Shown: piece by piece, positions 38,601-57,557 of the stretch
How positions within the stretch are numbered: position 1 is the stretch's first letter
Layout of the letters: each line of letters starts with the position of its first letter
From: Lingula anatina
Lineage: Eukaryota > Animalia > Brachiopoda
Assembly: GCA_051362555.1 (NCBI GenBank)
Contig: CM120640.1
Span: 10,850,001 to 10,914,000 of the forward strand
Direction of reading: 5' to 3'
DNA: 64,000 nt
The notes under the pieces: model-generated
Told to the model about the DNA's origin: nothing
Databases searched by the model: none
Seen by the model: the letters and a program-made list of their open reading frames with translations, nothing else
Made by a program: the position numbers and the translations under genes

Positions 38601-41600
38601 ATAAGTTATATTTCATGAAACCCTTTGTCGATTTTTTTTTCTGTGAAATCACACAGAAAATTATTTCTAAAAATGACAAGAAAGTTGAAAGCCTTATCAT
38701 TTAACGTACCTTTACAGTCTTCATCTGTATCGCCGTCGTTGTCATTGTCTGCAACATAATTACATTACAATAAAGAAAAATATAAGTAATAGCTACTGCT
38801 ACATGTAGTACACGTAATAATTGCGATTTAAAAGATATCGCCGCATGTGACAAAAGTTAATGTAGGCCTACCTAGGCAAACATACCGTATACGTATAACA
38901 TTTGTGCCACTCAAATAACCGTTAATCATTGGCAAAATTCTTTAAGTAGCCTATAAACAAGTTCATCTTTAAAAAAAAATCAGGATCAAGCTCCGTGTTG
39001 AAATGATGTGACTCACCAACTCCGTCACAGTATTCCTCGTCCACCGTACCGTCACAGTCGCTGTCATACCCGTCACCAGGAACCATGTAGGGTGCGTTAC
39101 AGCTCTGGAAAAAATATCGGCCCATATATTAGCCCATAATTATTTATATACGGCTGACGATCTATTAACCTTTATGCAGCGGAATTGTGTTTGGAAACAA
39201 TATTTAATGTCTGGATTTTAAAAGTTTTTGCCGTGAAAATAATCATCATCAATGTTTTAGTATTTTACAGCAAACAGCAAATTTAATTGCCGTTCAGATG
39301 TCAATGCATGTTGAAACTTAACTTACAACGGCTATTGTTTCGAACTGCATTCCAATCGGAAATCCATAGCTTTCCTTGCTCGCTTTACCATACAAAATGC
39401 CCATCAATGCTACTCCATTTGAACTGTGCCGGATATGGTGAACCCCGCTTTCAACGTTGAAAAATGTCCCCGAATATGTGGTATCGGCAATGGGTGTCCA
39501 AGTCAAACCAGGTTTGCTTGTACTTAAATTTTGGTTATCCAACAGAATCCCACTAATTTGATCCGTGGGTGATACCACTAGGACATAATGTGTGTAGCCT
39601 CCACCCTCCACTCCCCCAGAATAAACAGGAGTACTAAAACTATATTTGAACGCATACTGTTCCATGGGAGGTACGATTATCATGGACGGGTCGGCAGGTT
39701 CGCTCTCCGAGAGTTGACTGGCAACAAACTGAACTAATAAGACAGGCTTGTCTGAAAGGAGATGAACATAATTGGTCGATGGTACGATTTTTTCGAAATA
39801 CCCCCCTGCTTTTGTGATGGTCACGGCTTCTTTTGAAACGCTGCCCCCTCCACTACTGGTGTATCGCAGCAGGATGTTGGTGTTGTCTCTCGAAGCAACG
39901 ACACGAAAATAGTCGCCAGTGGTCCTGGCAGGTATTGGGACAGTTGCGAATTCCCTTCCCCATGCGTACACCGGCGGAATTTGTTCCGAAAGATGGTCAC
40001 GGGAATTCCCAGACCCAATACTGGTCCTAACGTTTCCGCTAAAAGCCGCCACGTTTTGCGATGAGGTGATGCGTGTTCCGGTGAGGTCTGAAGTACTCTG
40101 AACATGCAACGTGTCAAATCTATTCATTGTAAGCTGATACATGTCGCCGTTGCTGAAAGTTCGACCACCAAGACTTACACTGATAGTCTGGCCAGGGGGA
40201 GAGGGAAATTCCAGCGTTACGGTTGTCCCGTCTTGCAAACCCACGACGCCAAATTCAGTAGCAATGGTAGCAGGCGAATAGCTGACGGTGAAGTACTCCG
40301 TTCCTAAAACATCTGTTGGAAATGCCAAGAAAGCGTCTGAAGAAAACTTCTTTTTATTGACACCGTACACTGATATATCTCCAGTGGCCGTTACTTGGAC
40401 AGCTTTTGTGGTGACATCGTTCCCCTCACTGCGTAAGTTAGCAGATATGGGGATTGAAACCACTTGATCGGGGTTGACTGTCGCAGATCTGCTTTCGGAA
40501 GGGTATACAAATCTTGGAGTCCTCACTTCCACTTGAACTGTTTGGGTGGAGAATGTCGCTATAAACAACTCTAGGTCGTAATAATCTGAGTATTCTGTCA
40601 CAATATTGTTCAAATACATTATTACAAAGTCCCTGCCCGTGGCATCGATTGCAGCTGAAAAAAAGAGGGTCATTCAAATGAAAAAAAAAAGATAAAGATT
40701 TATTTGTTTAGTTTCATAATCAATCAGAATAAGCTGAAGACTTTCGCGTAATTGAAGAATCGAAAGTAAAAATCGAAAAGCTTTAATAGATTATAATCTA
40801 AATAGTCAGCATACATAAAATCGACTATGATACAAAATACAATTTGGATTGGGCAAATTCGGCCTGTTTATAGTGTCGGGCACTTAAAAACCTTCACGCC
40901 ATAAGATCTGTCATTGCAAATACAATTCTGCTAGGAACATTTTCTGATTTATCGCACTTTACGTCCCAAACTTTTCCTCAAATTTATAAAACAGGACACG
41001 TACCTGCACAGTCTTCATCAACTCTGCCGTCGTTATCATTATCTGCAATAAAGTAAAAGAAGACTTACATTGAAATTTAGCAACAAGAAATGTAATAGTT
41101 TTCTATTATTTCGTAAAATAATCTCAAGTAATATAAATAGCTTATTCAAAAATATATTATCTATGCCGTTCCATTAAAGCTTTTAGTGTTTTAACGCCAA
41201 TATCATAACCATAGTTTCATATCTCACCCATTTTGTCACACTTCTCTTCATTCATTTGACCGTCACAGTCATTGTCAGAGGAGTCGCCCGGGACCATTCG
41301 CGGTGCCGCGCACACCTGAAATTTAATAACGTCTCCTTACGTGTGTATTACGTATTGTATGTGTGACCTACAGATTTCTGTATTTTCTGTCGTAAGGAAG
41401 GAAAACTGGAATTCATTCAGGTATTTTAGCTTTGAACGTGGGTCTGTGCATGGAAAATGCATTGTACATGTAAATACCATGATACCAGTAATCAACTAAA
41501 TTAGTGATCGATTGACTTAATTCATTATATAAGCAATCAATATACCTGTTGCTGTTGTATCACACCAGTCTTCATGCCCACAGGAAAGGCATACGACTCC

Positions 41601-43212
41601 CTATCAGCGGTCCCGTACAATATCGCCATAAAGGGCGTAGTATAGGTAAAGTGACGAATAAAATGTCGACCGGACGAAATATTAAAACTAGCTCCAACTA
41701 GCTCAGTCCCAGGAATATTTCCCCATATCACTAATCCAGCTGCATTCAGCCATTCATTGTTGTCCAATATTGTGTCTTTGGCACTGCGATGGACGGCAAT
41801 TAATACATAGTTTGTATAGTCGCTATTCGCTACTGCTCCTGAATATTTTGGCGTTGTGAAAGAATAGCTGGTTTGGTACTGTTGCATTGGAGGCACTACT
41901 ATCATGGACGGATCGGCAGGCTCATTGGAGGACAACTGGCTAAATACAATTTGTGTCACTAATATTGGAGCAGTTGAATTTATGTAAAGGTAACTATTCG
42001 GGTTGGTTGTAATATTCTTGCTATCACCTGCTCTACTGAAAAAATGGATGCGTCTGGCGATGTTGGACTCTCTGGTCTCTACAATGGTGTTGTCGGCGCT
42101 AGCGATGATTTTTATCAAATCGCCTATCGACGTTCTGCCAGGAATAGGTACCACAGCAAATGTGTCGCCCCACGCGGTAACAGGGGGCAACTGTTCGACT
42201 AAATGGTCTCTAGAATCACCCGTCCCAACGCTGGTCCGTATATTCCCACTAAACACCGCAATGTCCCTGCCCGTGCCAAAATTTGTTGCGTGAATGTGTG
42301 TACCCGTTAAATCGAACCAACTCTGAAGCTGAAGTGTTTGGTAAGAGTTCAATATTCGCGATATCACCTGACCTGAGGTGTAATTAGTTCCTTCAAACTC
42401 GGCTACCATACCAGCTCTTGATGGCAAGGTGATTTGCAGAAATGTCATGTCTTGGATTGCGACGACACCGAGCTCTGTTTTCACTGTGGGTGGACTATAG
42501 GTCACAGCGTAGTAATCACGACCAAGGGCGGTGACGGGGAGAGCCAAAAACCCGTCATTTGAAAATGGCTCTCGATTTATTCCATAAACGACAACATCGT
42601 CTGTTGCTTCGACTAAGATCGCCTTGTTTTCCACTTTTGAGCCTTCCATTCGAAGAGTATTTGGTATGGTGATGATTCTGACTTCATGACTATTCAGCGA
42701 CACTGTAGTGTTTATAGCAGTCCCAGTATATTTGGGGGCTGTCACAGTAACTTGGACATTAGACTTTTCTGTAGAAACGTGTAATTCCAAGGGTTGGTTT
42801 GTTGGATTTTCAATCTTGTTTTCCATAAATGCCAAAGCAAACCGTCGTCCCGCATTGCTCCCTGGTAAAAGAATTAATAAAGAGAAAATTCCTGGTATCT
42901 TGGCGTTTGCCTTTAGGGTGTCGCAAACAAATGACCAAATAATGTCTTATGATGAAATGAATAAAATCAAAATAACCTTTATTATATACAGAAGGGTAAA
43001 AAAAGTTATGGACTTTACGTGTTTTTGAATGTTTTCAATAGACGGGGTGGGGGGGTGTTATCGCTTAATTAAAGTTTCTTGACTGCATCTATTTCAGAAG
43101 CTATCGTGTAGGAAATATAATATCTGACTAACATACCTGTCTGTGATACAGCAATGGGGACGAGTGCCAGAAAAATTACCAATGTAATCCCAGAAAAACG
43201 CCCTTGCTTCAT
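20237..43212 (-). CDS. Giant type I transmembrane protein (~3162 aa): signal peptide, 3x IgGFc-binding domain with acidic linkers, 23x TSP1, collagen triple helix, 3x cbEGF-like, TM, short tail
   Basis: 37 coding exons with compatible phases, summing to 9489 nt by my count. Exons: SP 43137-43212; IgGFc 41546-42861, 39327-40654, 37253-38566; linkers 41228-41315, 41004-41042, 39017-39104, 38710-38748; 23 TSP1 exons between 24548 and 36814; collagen 23652-23776 and 22840-23200; EGF 22522-22644, 22047-22169, 21421-21561; TM/last exon 20237-20619. That all belong to one transcript is inferred from phase compatibility and the lack of internal terminal exons. Confidence 0.82.
21151..21296. mobile_element. 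Possible old MITE
   Basis: Imperfect TIRs gggtcctgtattacaaaa / ttttgtgaaatgggccc. No clear TSD. Confidence 0.4.
21421..22644 (-). CDS. Three calcium-binding EGF-like exons (22522-22644, 22047-22169, 21421-21561)
   Basis: [54 protein letters not shown] and [27 protein letters not shown]; all phase-1 exons. Confidence 0.9.
22840..23776 (-). CDS. Collagen triple-helix exons (23652-23776 and 22840-23200)
   Basis: 13 + 40 Gly-X-Y triplets ([18 protein letters not shown]...GPVGPPGNE), joined in phase 0. Confidence 0.92.
23340..23586. mobile_element. Palindromic MITE/fold-back element, family A, copy 2
   Basis: AGACTGGGTTCACA...TGTGGGAATGGTCT ends and the same inverted arms as 2133-2354. Lies in the intron between the two collagen exons. 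Confidence 0.8.
24548..36814 (-). CDS. Array of 23 thrombospondin type-1 repeat exons (171-177 nt, all phase 1-1)
   Basis: Each encodes xNGxWGxWxxWxxCxxxCGxGxxxRxRxCxxPxPxxGGxxCxG...C...C. Exons: 36641-36814, 35984-36160, 35563-35733, 35027-35197, 34406-34576, 33885-34055, 33412-33585, 32640-32810, 32212-32382, 31475-31645, 30967-31137, 30564-30734, 29688-29858, 29217-29387, 28807-28977, 28209-28379, 27751-27921, 27204-27374, 26357-26527, 25962-26132, 25473-25643, 24932-25102, 24548-24718. Confidence 0.93.
30266..30548. mobile_element. Fold-back-like non-autonomous element with internal ~16-bp repeats (CCCCGCACCGATACT)
   Basis: Imperfect TIRs (ggggtcatgtcgatactcccccgcaccg vs the reverse complement ggttacatgacgatatgtccccgcaccg). 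Repeats run forward on the left and inverted on the right. Flanks ttatattt/taatattt are a possible 8-bp TSD with 1 mismatch. Absent from the paralogous intron next to 28807. Confidence 0.78.
31981..32202. mobile_element. Palindromic MITE/fold-back element, family A, copy 3 (diverged, opposite orientation)
   Basis: agaccccattcccaca...ggggagtctcactagattgg...aactggcttaaatgtctgt...ggagttaggtcgattcagatggatcgatctaa...gcagtct matches the reverse complement of 23340-23586. Confidence 0.72.
37253..38566 (-). CDS. IgGFc-binding (FCGBP N-terminal-like) domain exon 3
   Basis: [53 protein letters not shown] and [14 protein letters not shown] motifs. Confidence 0.9.
39327..40654 (-). CDS. IgGFc-binding domain exon 2
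   Basis: [58 protein letters not shown] and ESYGFPIG motifs. Confidence 0.9.
41546..42861 (-). CDS. IgGFc-binding domain exon 1
   Basis: [60 protein letters not shown] and ESYAFPVG motifs. Confidence 0.9.
43137..43212 (-). CDS. Signal-peptide exon ([25 protein letters not shown])
   Basis: ATG directly follows a ttttttcag acceptor, which implies an upstream non-coding exon. n/h/c-region pattern is present. Phase-1 donor G|gtatgt matches the next exon. Confidence 0.8.
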
Positions 43213-46200
43213 CTGAAAAAAGGCATTGCGGTTAATTAGGCATGGTAGAAATCCATTTTACTTGCACGGGGCGGTTCCCATATACATTTAAAGATCGAAG
43301 CCAATATAAGGTACACGTACGGCTTCTGAAAAAGGTCATTTTATTCCAATATCCAATCAAAGACCAATGTAAAATTAATGCGCTACACTGATATTTGTTA
43401 TGTTTTCGAAAGAGATTAGAAAGTGCATCATTAATTACTTGTACAAAGTACGGATAGTTGGCAACAGTTAAACAAGCTTACTTGTGTGTATACAAGTGTA
43501 CCTACATGTATTCACATACATACATAGTTAAGTATAAATGAGGATAGTTGAGTATCGTTTGCTAAGTTTGTGTTACAGAATCTATGCAAGCGTGACATTT
43601 ACATATACAAGTCAAAAATCTATGCAGGACAATGTGTTTAAGTAAATAAACAAAAGCTTTATAATGACGACAAAATACAGGTAAACATGTTTAAGTAAAT
43701 AAATAAAAGCTTTATAATGACGACATAATGGCACAGTGCACTGGGAAGGCATATTAATGCATAACTTCAAAGGCGCTTGACCAAGTGCGCACATGAATTA
43801 GATCTGCACTTAACTCAGAACATGGGTTTTCGTACTTGCATCGATCGAACTGTGGTTTAATGTCAGAAATGCTCAGGTTTTCTCGCTATGGGTTACAAGA
43901 ACATGTGCGCCAATAAAGACATTATTGAACCCGTGAACAAAACTTTGTTGATGACTCAGACACCACGCCCGTAAACAAATCTCGGAATATTTGGGAGACC
44001 AAGGGTGTTTCGCTCTCTAGATTTATCTTTTAAAATATATCCTTGGTTGGCCTAAGGTCGACTGGTTCCTACTATTTGTAAAATTGTCTTGTTCGATCTT
44101 GAAAATGGGGTTCAATAACAAGGTTTACAGGTATCGCAATAAATCTGAGACAGACCTTCAAGGACAGACAGACAGATTTGACACTGAATGTAATGCAAGG
44201 TCGACTGCATGTGGACCCCTTGCTTATGTAAATGTTCCATCATTCTAGGATTTGCGACACCACCCAAACAAACTAACCTTGGCATCAACAGATCACACTA
44301 TGTAGAATCTTAGGGACTGCATCAAATCTCCTGATCTTCCCGTACAATATGCCGTCTTTAACAATCCATTTTATGGAAACACTTGGTCAAATTAGTGCAA
44401 CCGTTGGTTTGTGGTCAGTCAACCAACCCCAGCTGCTCGTGCGACACCATCATGTCGTCCACCTGAATAATATTTCTGAGCGTTTGCCAGTCCTCTTGAG
44501 CAGTTCACCTGTTACGACGCTACTCCATGGACGGGTTTATTTAAAAGCCCCGTATGTAAACCAGCTGGGGCACCGAGCATACAATCATCAGGGTAACAAC
44601 AACGCCACGCCTTTGTTATTGGCAGGCCGCCTTACACAGCTTTGCATTCACACAAAACTTCAATTCGATCGTATTACTAAATAGGTCTATACAGGTAAAG
44701 GTCGATGCAGTAATGAACCCGCGGTATTATTTTCAAGCTCCATGGTGTTTTATCAAAGGTTGAAGTCATAAGTTTTTGAAAAAATAATAGATGATAATAA
44801 TATGAAACTGCTGCATCAGGATAGGGGTTAGATGGAAGAACAAGGGGACTTGGAATGCAGGTTTGGGGTAGCTGTGCTGCACCGCTGCATTGATCGACTG
44901 CTGTGATTTAATACCTTATGCTCAACCGGCCGTAGCTTTCCTTATGTCATATAGTTTTATGGTATCAAAAATCCATCCATCTTAAACATTTTTATGTTTA
45001 AGAGAACACAACCTAAAACACATGACAACCCTCATTTAGGCGGGCAAAGTACCATAAAATGGATTTTCCCCGAGGTGAACAACAATTTCCCCGTACTTTC
45101 CAATAGTTTATGAATCCGTTCTGACATTCAAAGTTTTTTGTTTCACTTTTCCGCCCAACAGCCTTTTAAATCATCATTTGCTCCAAATTAAAAACAGTTA
45201 CCACTTCTTTTACGTGCTCACGGTCGATATTCGCGACTTTTAATGGAAAAGACAAAACACGCGCTTTCCTATTCACATCTTATTCAAAATAAGAATGGAA
45301 TAATTATATAAAGCAAACATGCCAAAACATTACAACTGAAAATATTTCCACCGTTTTACACAAACGGTAATCATTTTTACCAAGCGCAAGGAACTGTTAC
45401 TGACTTATTAAAACATGGGGTTACAGGTGTAAAGAAATATCAATATCCAGATATCGCCTCTTTCTTCGATTTCACGACTTTATAACGTTGCAAGTGACCT
45501 GGTCCGCTTTTTATAAAAACAAATACATTTATGTAGCAATTGACTGAGAAAGTGCACTGGGAGGCACTTTCAACTTGCGTCTTCAACTGCGTAGATTAGT
45601 TACAAACTGAAAAACATATTTCCAAATGCGTTTTCTATCACAAGGCATTTCAACTTAACGTTTATATATTGTTTTACATTGATCAACAGTAACATCTGCA
45701 AGCATTAAATACAATGTCCTTATTGACTTTTCAAGTGATTTACGATCCCCACCCTGTGATTAAGAGTTCCTCTACATCATCAGTTTGCCTCAGTCAATTT
45801 CAACTTATGGTAACGGCAAGGACATACTGATTAGAGCATTTCCATTAAACTCTTTAACCATAGGGGGTTTGCCTGCGCTCGCAAATGACAAACATTTAAG
45901 CGTAAAATATAAGCACAAGTAGCTTGCAGCTACCAATATTTTCTTCCAAAAAATATCCAACAAAAACATCGCTTGCTCACTGTCCCAATATGGACATGAT
46001 ACATAGAAAACATAACATTCAGCACCTACTATAAAAACAGAATATCTCCAATAAAATACATAAGTTCATAAAAATGTTTCAACAGAAATAATGCAGTAGG
46101 TTACCAAATTAAAATTGCCAGATCATTTTAACAATATTTCATCAAAAGAAAAATATCAGTCATTATGCTGTGCAATATAGCCCATAGTAAAATAAATACA

Positions 46201-46407
46201 AAGCCGTGTAGGTTTAAATTGTACTTCTTTCAGGCTAATCTACTTGGTATCATTAACAAAATAACACCATCCACAATGTCAAGTACCTTGAAAAGCACCA
46301 CCCCAGTACCTCTAGAGATTTTACACAATATCACACTTATATTATGCAGTGTTTTATCACCCAAAAAGCACTGGGTACTATATTTGGTGCTAGGCACCAT
46401 CATATCT

Positions 46408-46408
<1 letters not shown>

Positions 46409-46446
<38 letters not shown>
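46409..46446. repeat. (AAT)n microsatellite just 3' of the ASL stop
   Basis: About 12 aat units. Confidence 0.9.
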
Positions 46447-46447
<1 letters not shown>

Positions 46448-46473
46448 CCTGCTGGCATTGTCTCTAGTGACCA

Positions 46474-55018
<8,545 letters not shown>

Positions 55019-56254
55019 TGTTGTACTCTGCAGTGTGTCACTTTGTTAGCAATCTGAAACTGTATAAAGAATACAATACACTGTTCAAATGCATTTTAAA
55101 TGACACAAACGGACCATTAAATTATAATTAACAAATAGCATGCTTTTTAATCATTAATATACTAGTATGGCTCTATCAAAATGAAATTGCCTGATAAAAG
55201 ACAATTTCAAACAAATTTGGGCCAGAAAGCATAATTACCCTCCTCAGAGAGTAAAGCTGTTTGCACGATTTTCTTACTACATAAACTTGATGTTTTCTAA
55301 CATATAAGAAGTTCTAGTATGTACGTAACAGCGATGGAGACTGGTGAATTTCACTTGAAGCAATAAATAATGAACACAAAAACAGGTATACATGTTACAA
55401 TTTTCTCAGTGGTTTTGGAAATTTATTATTATTTTTTTTAGATGAACATTTTGAAAATTCTGAAATCCAAGAAAAAATTTTATACAATATATTGCATGCT
55501 TTAAGTCTAATTTTTTCAACTGTATGCCCGCCTTTAAGTCTAAAGAAAACTTAGGACCTTGAGTAATCTTCTAGATATTCATACATCATTTATACCCTAG
55601 TATACATGTGCGGTAAGTCCCTGGGCCAGCATTTTTTATACCAACACTGCTGCAATGTCTGCATTTGCTGGTTTTTATTTATACCATCTATATTGATTGT
55701 ATTTATTAAATAAATCATAGTTTACCCTATCTCTGTATTTCCTTTTACACACCCTCATTCATCCAACTACAGTAGATAAACATCTTAATTATCGTGTAGA
55801 CAGTGCTACTGACTGCGAATATATAACCATCCCCCGTTCTATTCAAAATGCCCGTGACAGCCAACATTCTAGCTGTCACCCGCATGCCTTTTTTTCCCCT
55901 ACTACCGCTGTATTTAGCTATTTAGTGTGTTAGCAAAACACTGCTATGTTGAATTCCACATCAGTATATTTTAAAATATTACTGAGGTTGATTATTTGGA
56001 CTAGTAATTTCATGTCCTTTGAATCAGATGATGAACTAAAAAATATTTCCATCTGAACGTGAAAACCGGCCTACGGCTACTAGTACAAGGACATTGTCTG
56101 CTCAAATCTTCGATACAGTGAGAATGACAGATCGAGAGTGTAAATATTGTGATGAGATGAAACGAGCCGAATGAAACTGCTGGTTTGCTGAATGAAACCA
56201 GTAAATGTATAAACAATAATAGTTACATACTGCAATTTCTTCTGCAAGGCTTAC

Positions 56255-56660
56255 CTGGCTACTTGGCGACTGCTTGCATCATCTGGTAAATGCTATTTTG
56301 TAGCATGTGTAGTCTCTGTAGTGTTACCTCGTTTTAGAAGAAAAGTAGCTATTCCTCTATGCGCGAACGAGGCTTGTGGTTGGAAAAGAAGATATTGAAA
56401 GCGGTGAAAATGAAGTTCGGTTATTCTTAGCTAAAGTCAAAACGTTATCCAAGCCTTTGTGTATAAATTATCACTTTGTACAGAAAGCCTAGAATAAAAG
56501 CACCATTAATTCGATGAATCAGAATATAACAAAACATAGCGAACTCAAGATAAAGGTCCCGGTAGTCAAGGTAAAGGTCATTAGAGGCGCGGGTTTAGAA
56601 CTGGGTACATGAAGAACTCGCCGGAAATGATAGAACAGTTTGTCTACTTATAAGGTATCT
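56255..56660. promoter_or_regulatory. Putative bidirectional promoter region between ASL and MMS22L
   Basis: The genes are head-to-head. A minus-strand donor CAG|gtaagc at 56255/56254 fits a non-coding ASL exon, and a plus-strand donor candidate lies near 56655-56670. CpG is locally enriched (gcgcgaacga, ggcgcggg, cgccggaa ETS-like). Transcription start sites are not determinable from sequence. Confidence 0.5.
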
Positions 56661-57043
56661 AAGTTACAGTAAGTCTGCAGGTACAGAATCTTAATTTGTA
56701 TTTCTGCAAAAAGTGGTATTTTCGGGGGAAAATAAAGATGTATAGTATAATACTAAATAGATCTAAATATACACCCCGATATATATCATGGTAGGGCTTA
56801 CCCATGCATATTACGGTCAATGTCATAGGTAGGGTGACTTACCGTGCAGGCTTCCCCCGATCATTTTGGCTTTACATGCTTACTTTGGCAACTTCGCCCT
56901 GCACTTATGAAAATAACTTCAATAATTAACTCAGTAATACCGTTAGTGTGGGATCAATCTAAAAACAGGGGTATTGGCTTTTTACATATATGTGTGCTTT
57001 GTACATATATGCCACTAGTATACTGGTATATACATGTATGTAT

Positions 57044-57208
57044 CAGGGGCGGATTTAGGCCGTCTTCCGGAAGACGGTCAGATTTTCAAGTTTACATTGA
57101 TGGGTATCTAATTTTTCTGTCGGAAGACGGTCAAAAAATGGAGGATGGATCAACAAATATAATATGGAAGACTGTCACTGTCAGAAAATATCTCTGGATC
57201 CGCCCCTG
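57044..57208. mobile_element. Short MITE with CAGGGGCGGAT terminal inverted repeats (hAT-like)
   Basis: caggggcggatttagg ... tctggatccgcccctg, with an internal duplicated cggaagacggtca. TSD not clearly preserved. Confidence 0.7.
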
Positions 57209-57557
57209 CTGTATATAGGTACATGCACAGTGTACATCATATAGCTATTGCATGTATATACATATACGCATACAACTACCTAGCACAGAACTCATGTATT
57301 AGCATTCCTATTGACAATTTTCATATCTGTGCTGTGCTAACACAGACAGTACATATCAGAATTGTAAATGGTGCTAAGGTATGAATTTTGTGCTATATGT
57401 AACCACTACCTTGAATTGTTTTAAATACATGTATTTTTGCATTAGTAATGTAGCTCGGTTTTCTTCTCTTTCAAGTTGAAAATCAAATTATTCCAGCATT
57501 CTGACGAAGTAGCAGGCACAAGCGTCTTGCTAGCTCTGGCTAGATAACCTGTTTGTC

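Noticed and set aside
37140-42835. Three long CpG-rich ORFs as separate intronless genes or bacterial contamination/recent HGT
   Set aside because: Each is bounded by canonical acceptor and donor sites in matching phase, lacks its own signal peptide, and is linked by spliced mini-exons.
44349-44684. 111-aa plus-strand ORF upstream of the giant gene
   Set aside because: No recognisable motifs or splice context. Likely a chance ORF in a CpG-rich regulatory region.
56148-56192. Box C/D snoRNA candidate (TGATGA...CTGA)
   Set aside because: Too short, no terminal stem, and on the opposite strand to the host ASL intron.
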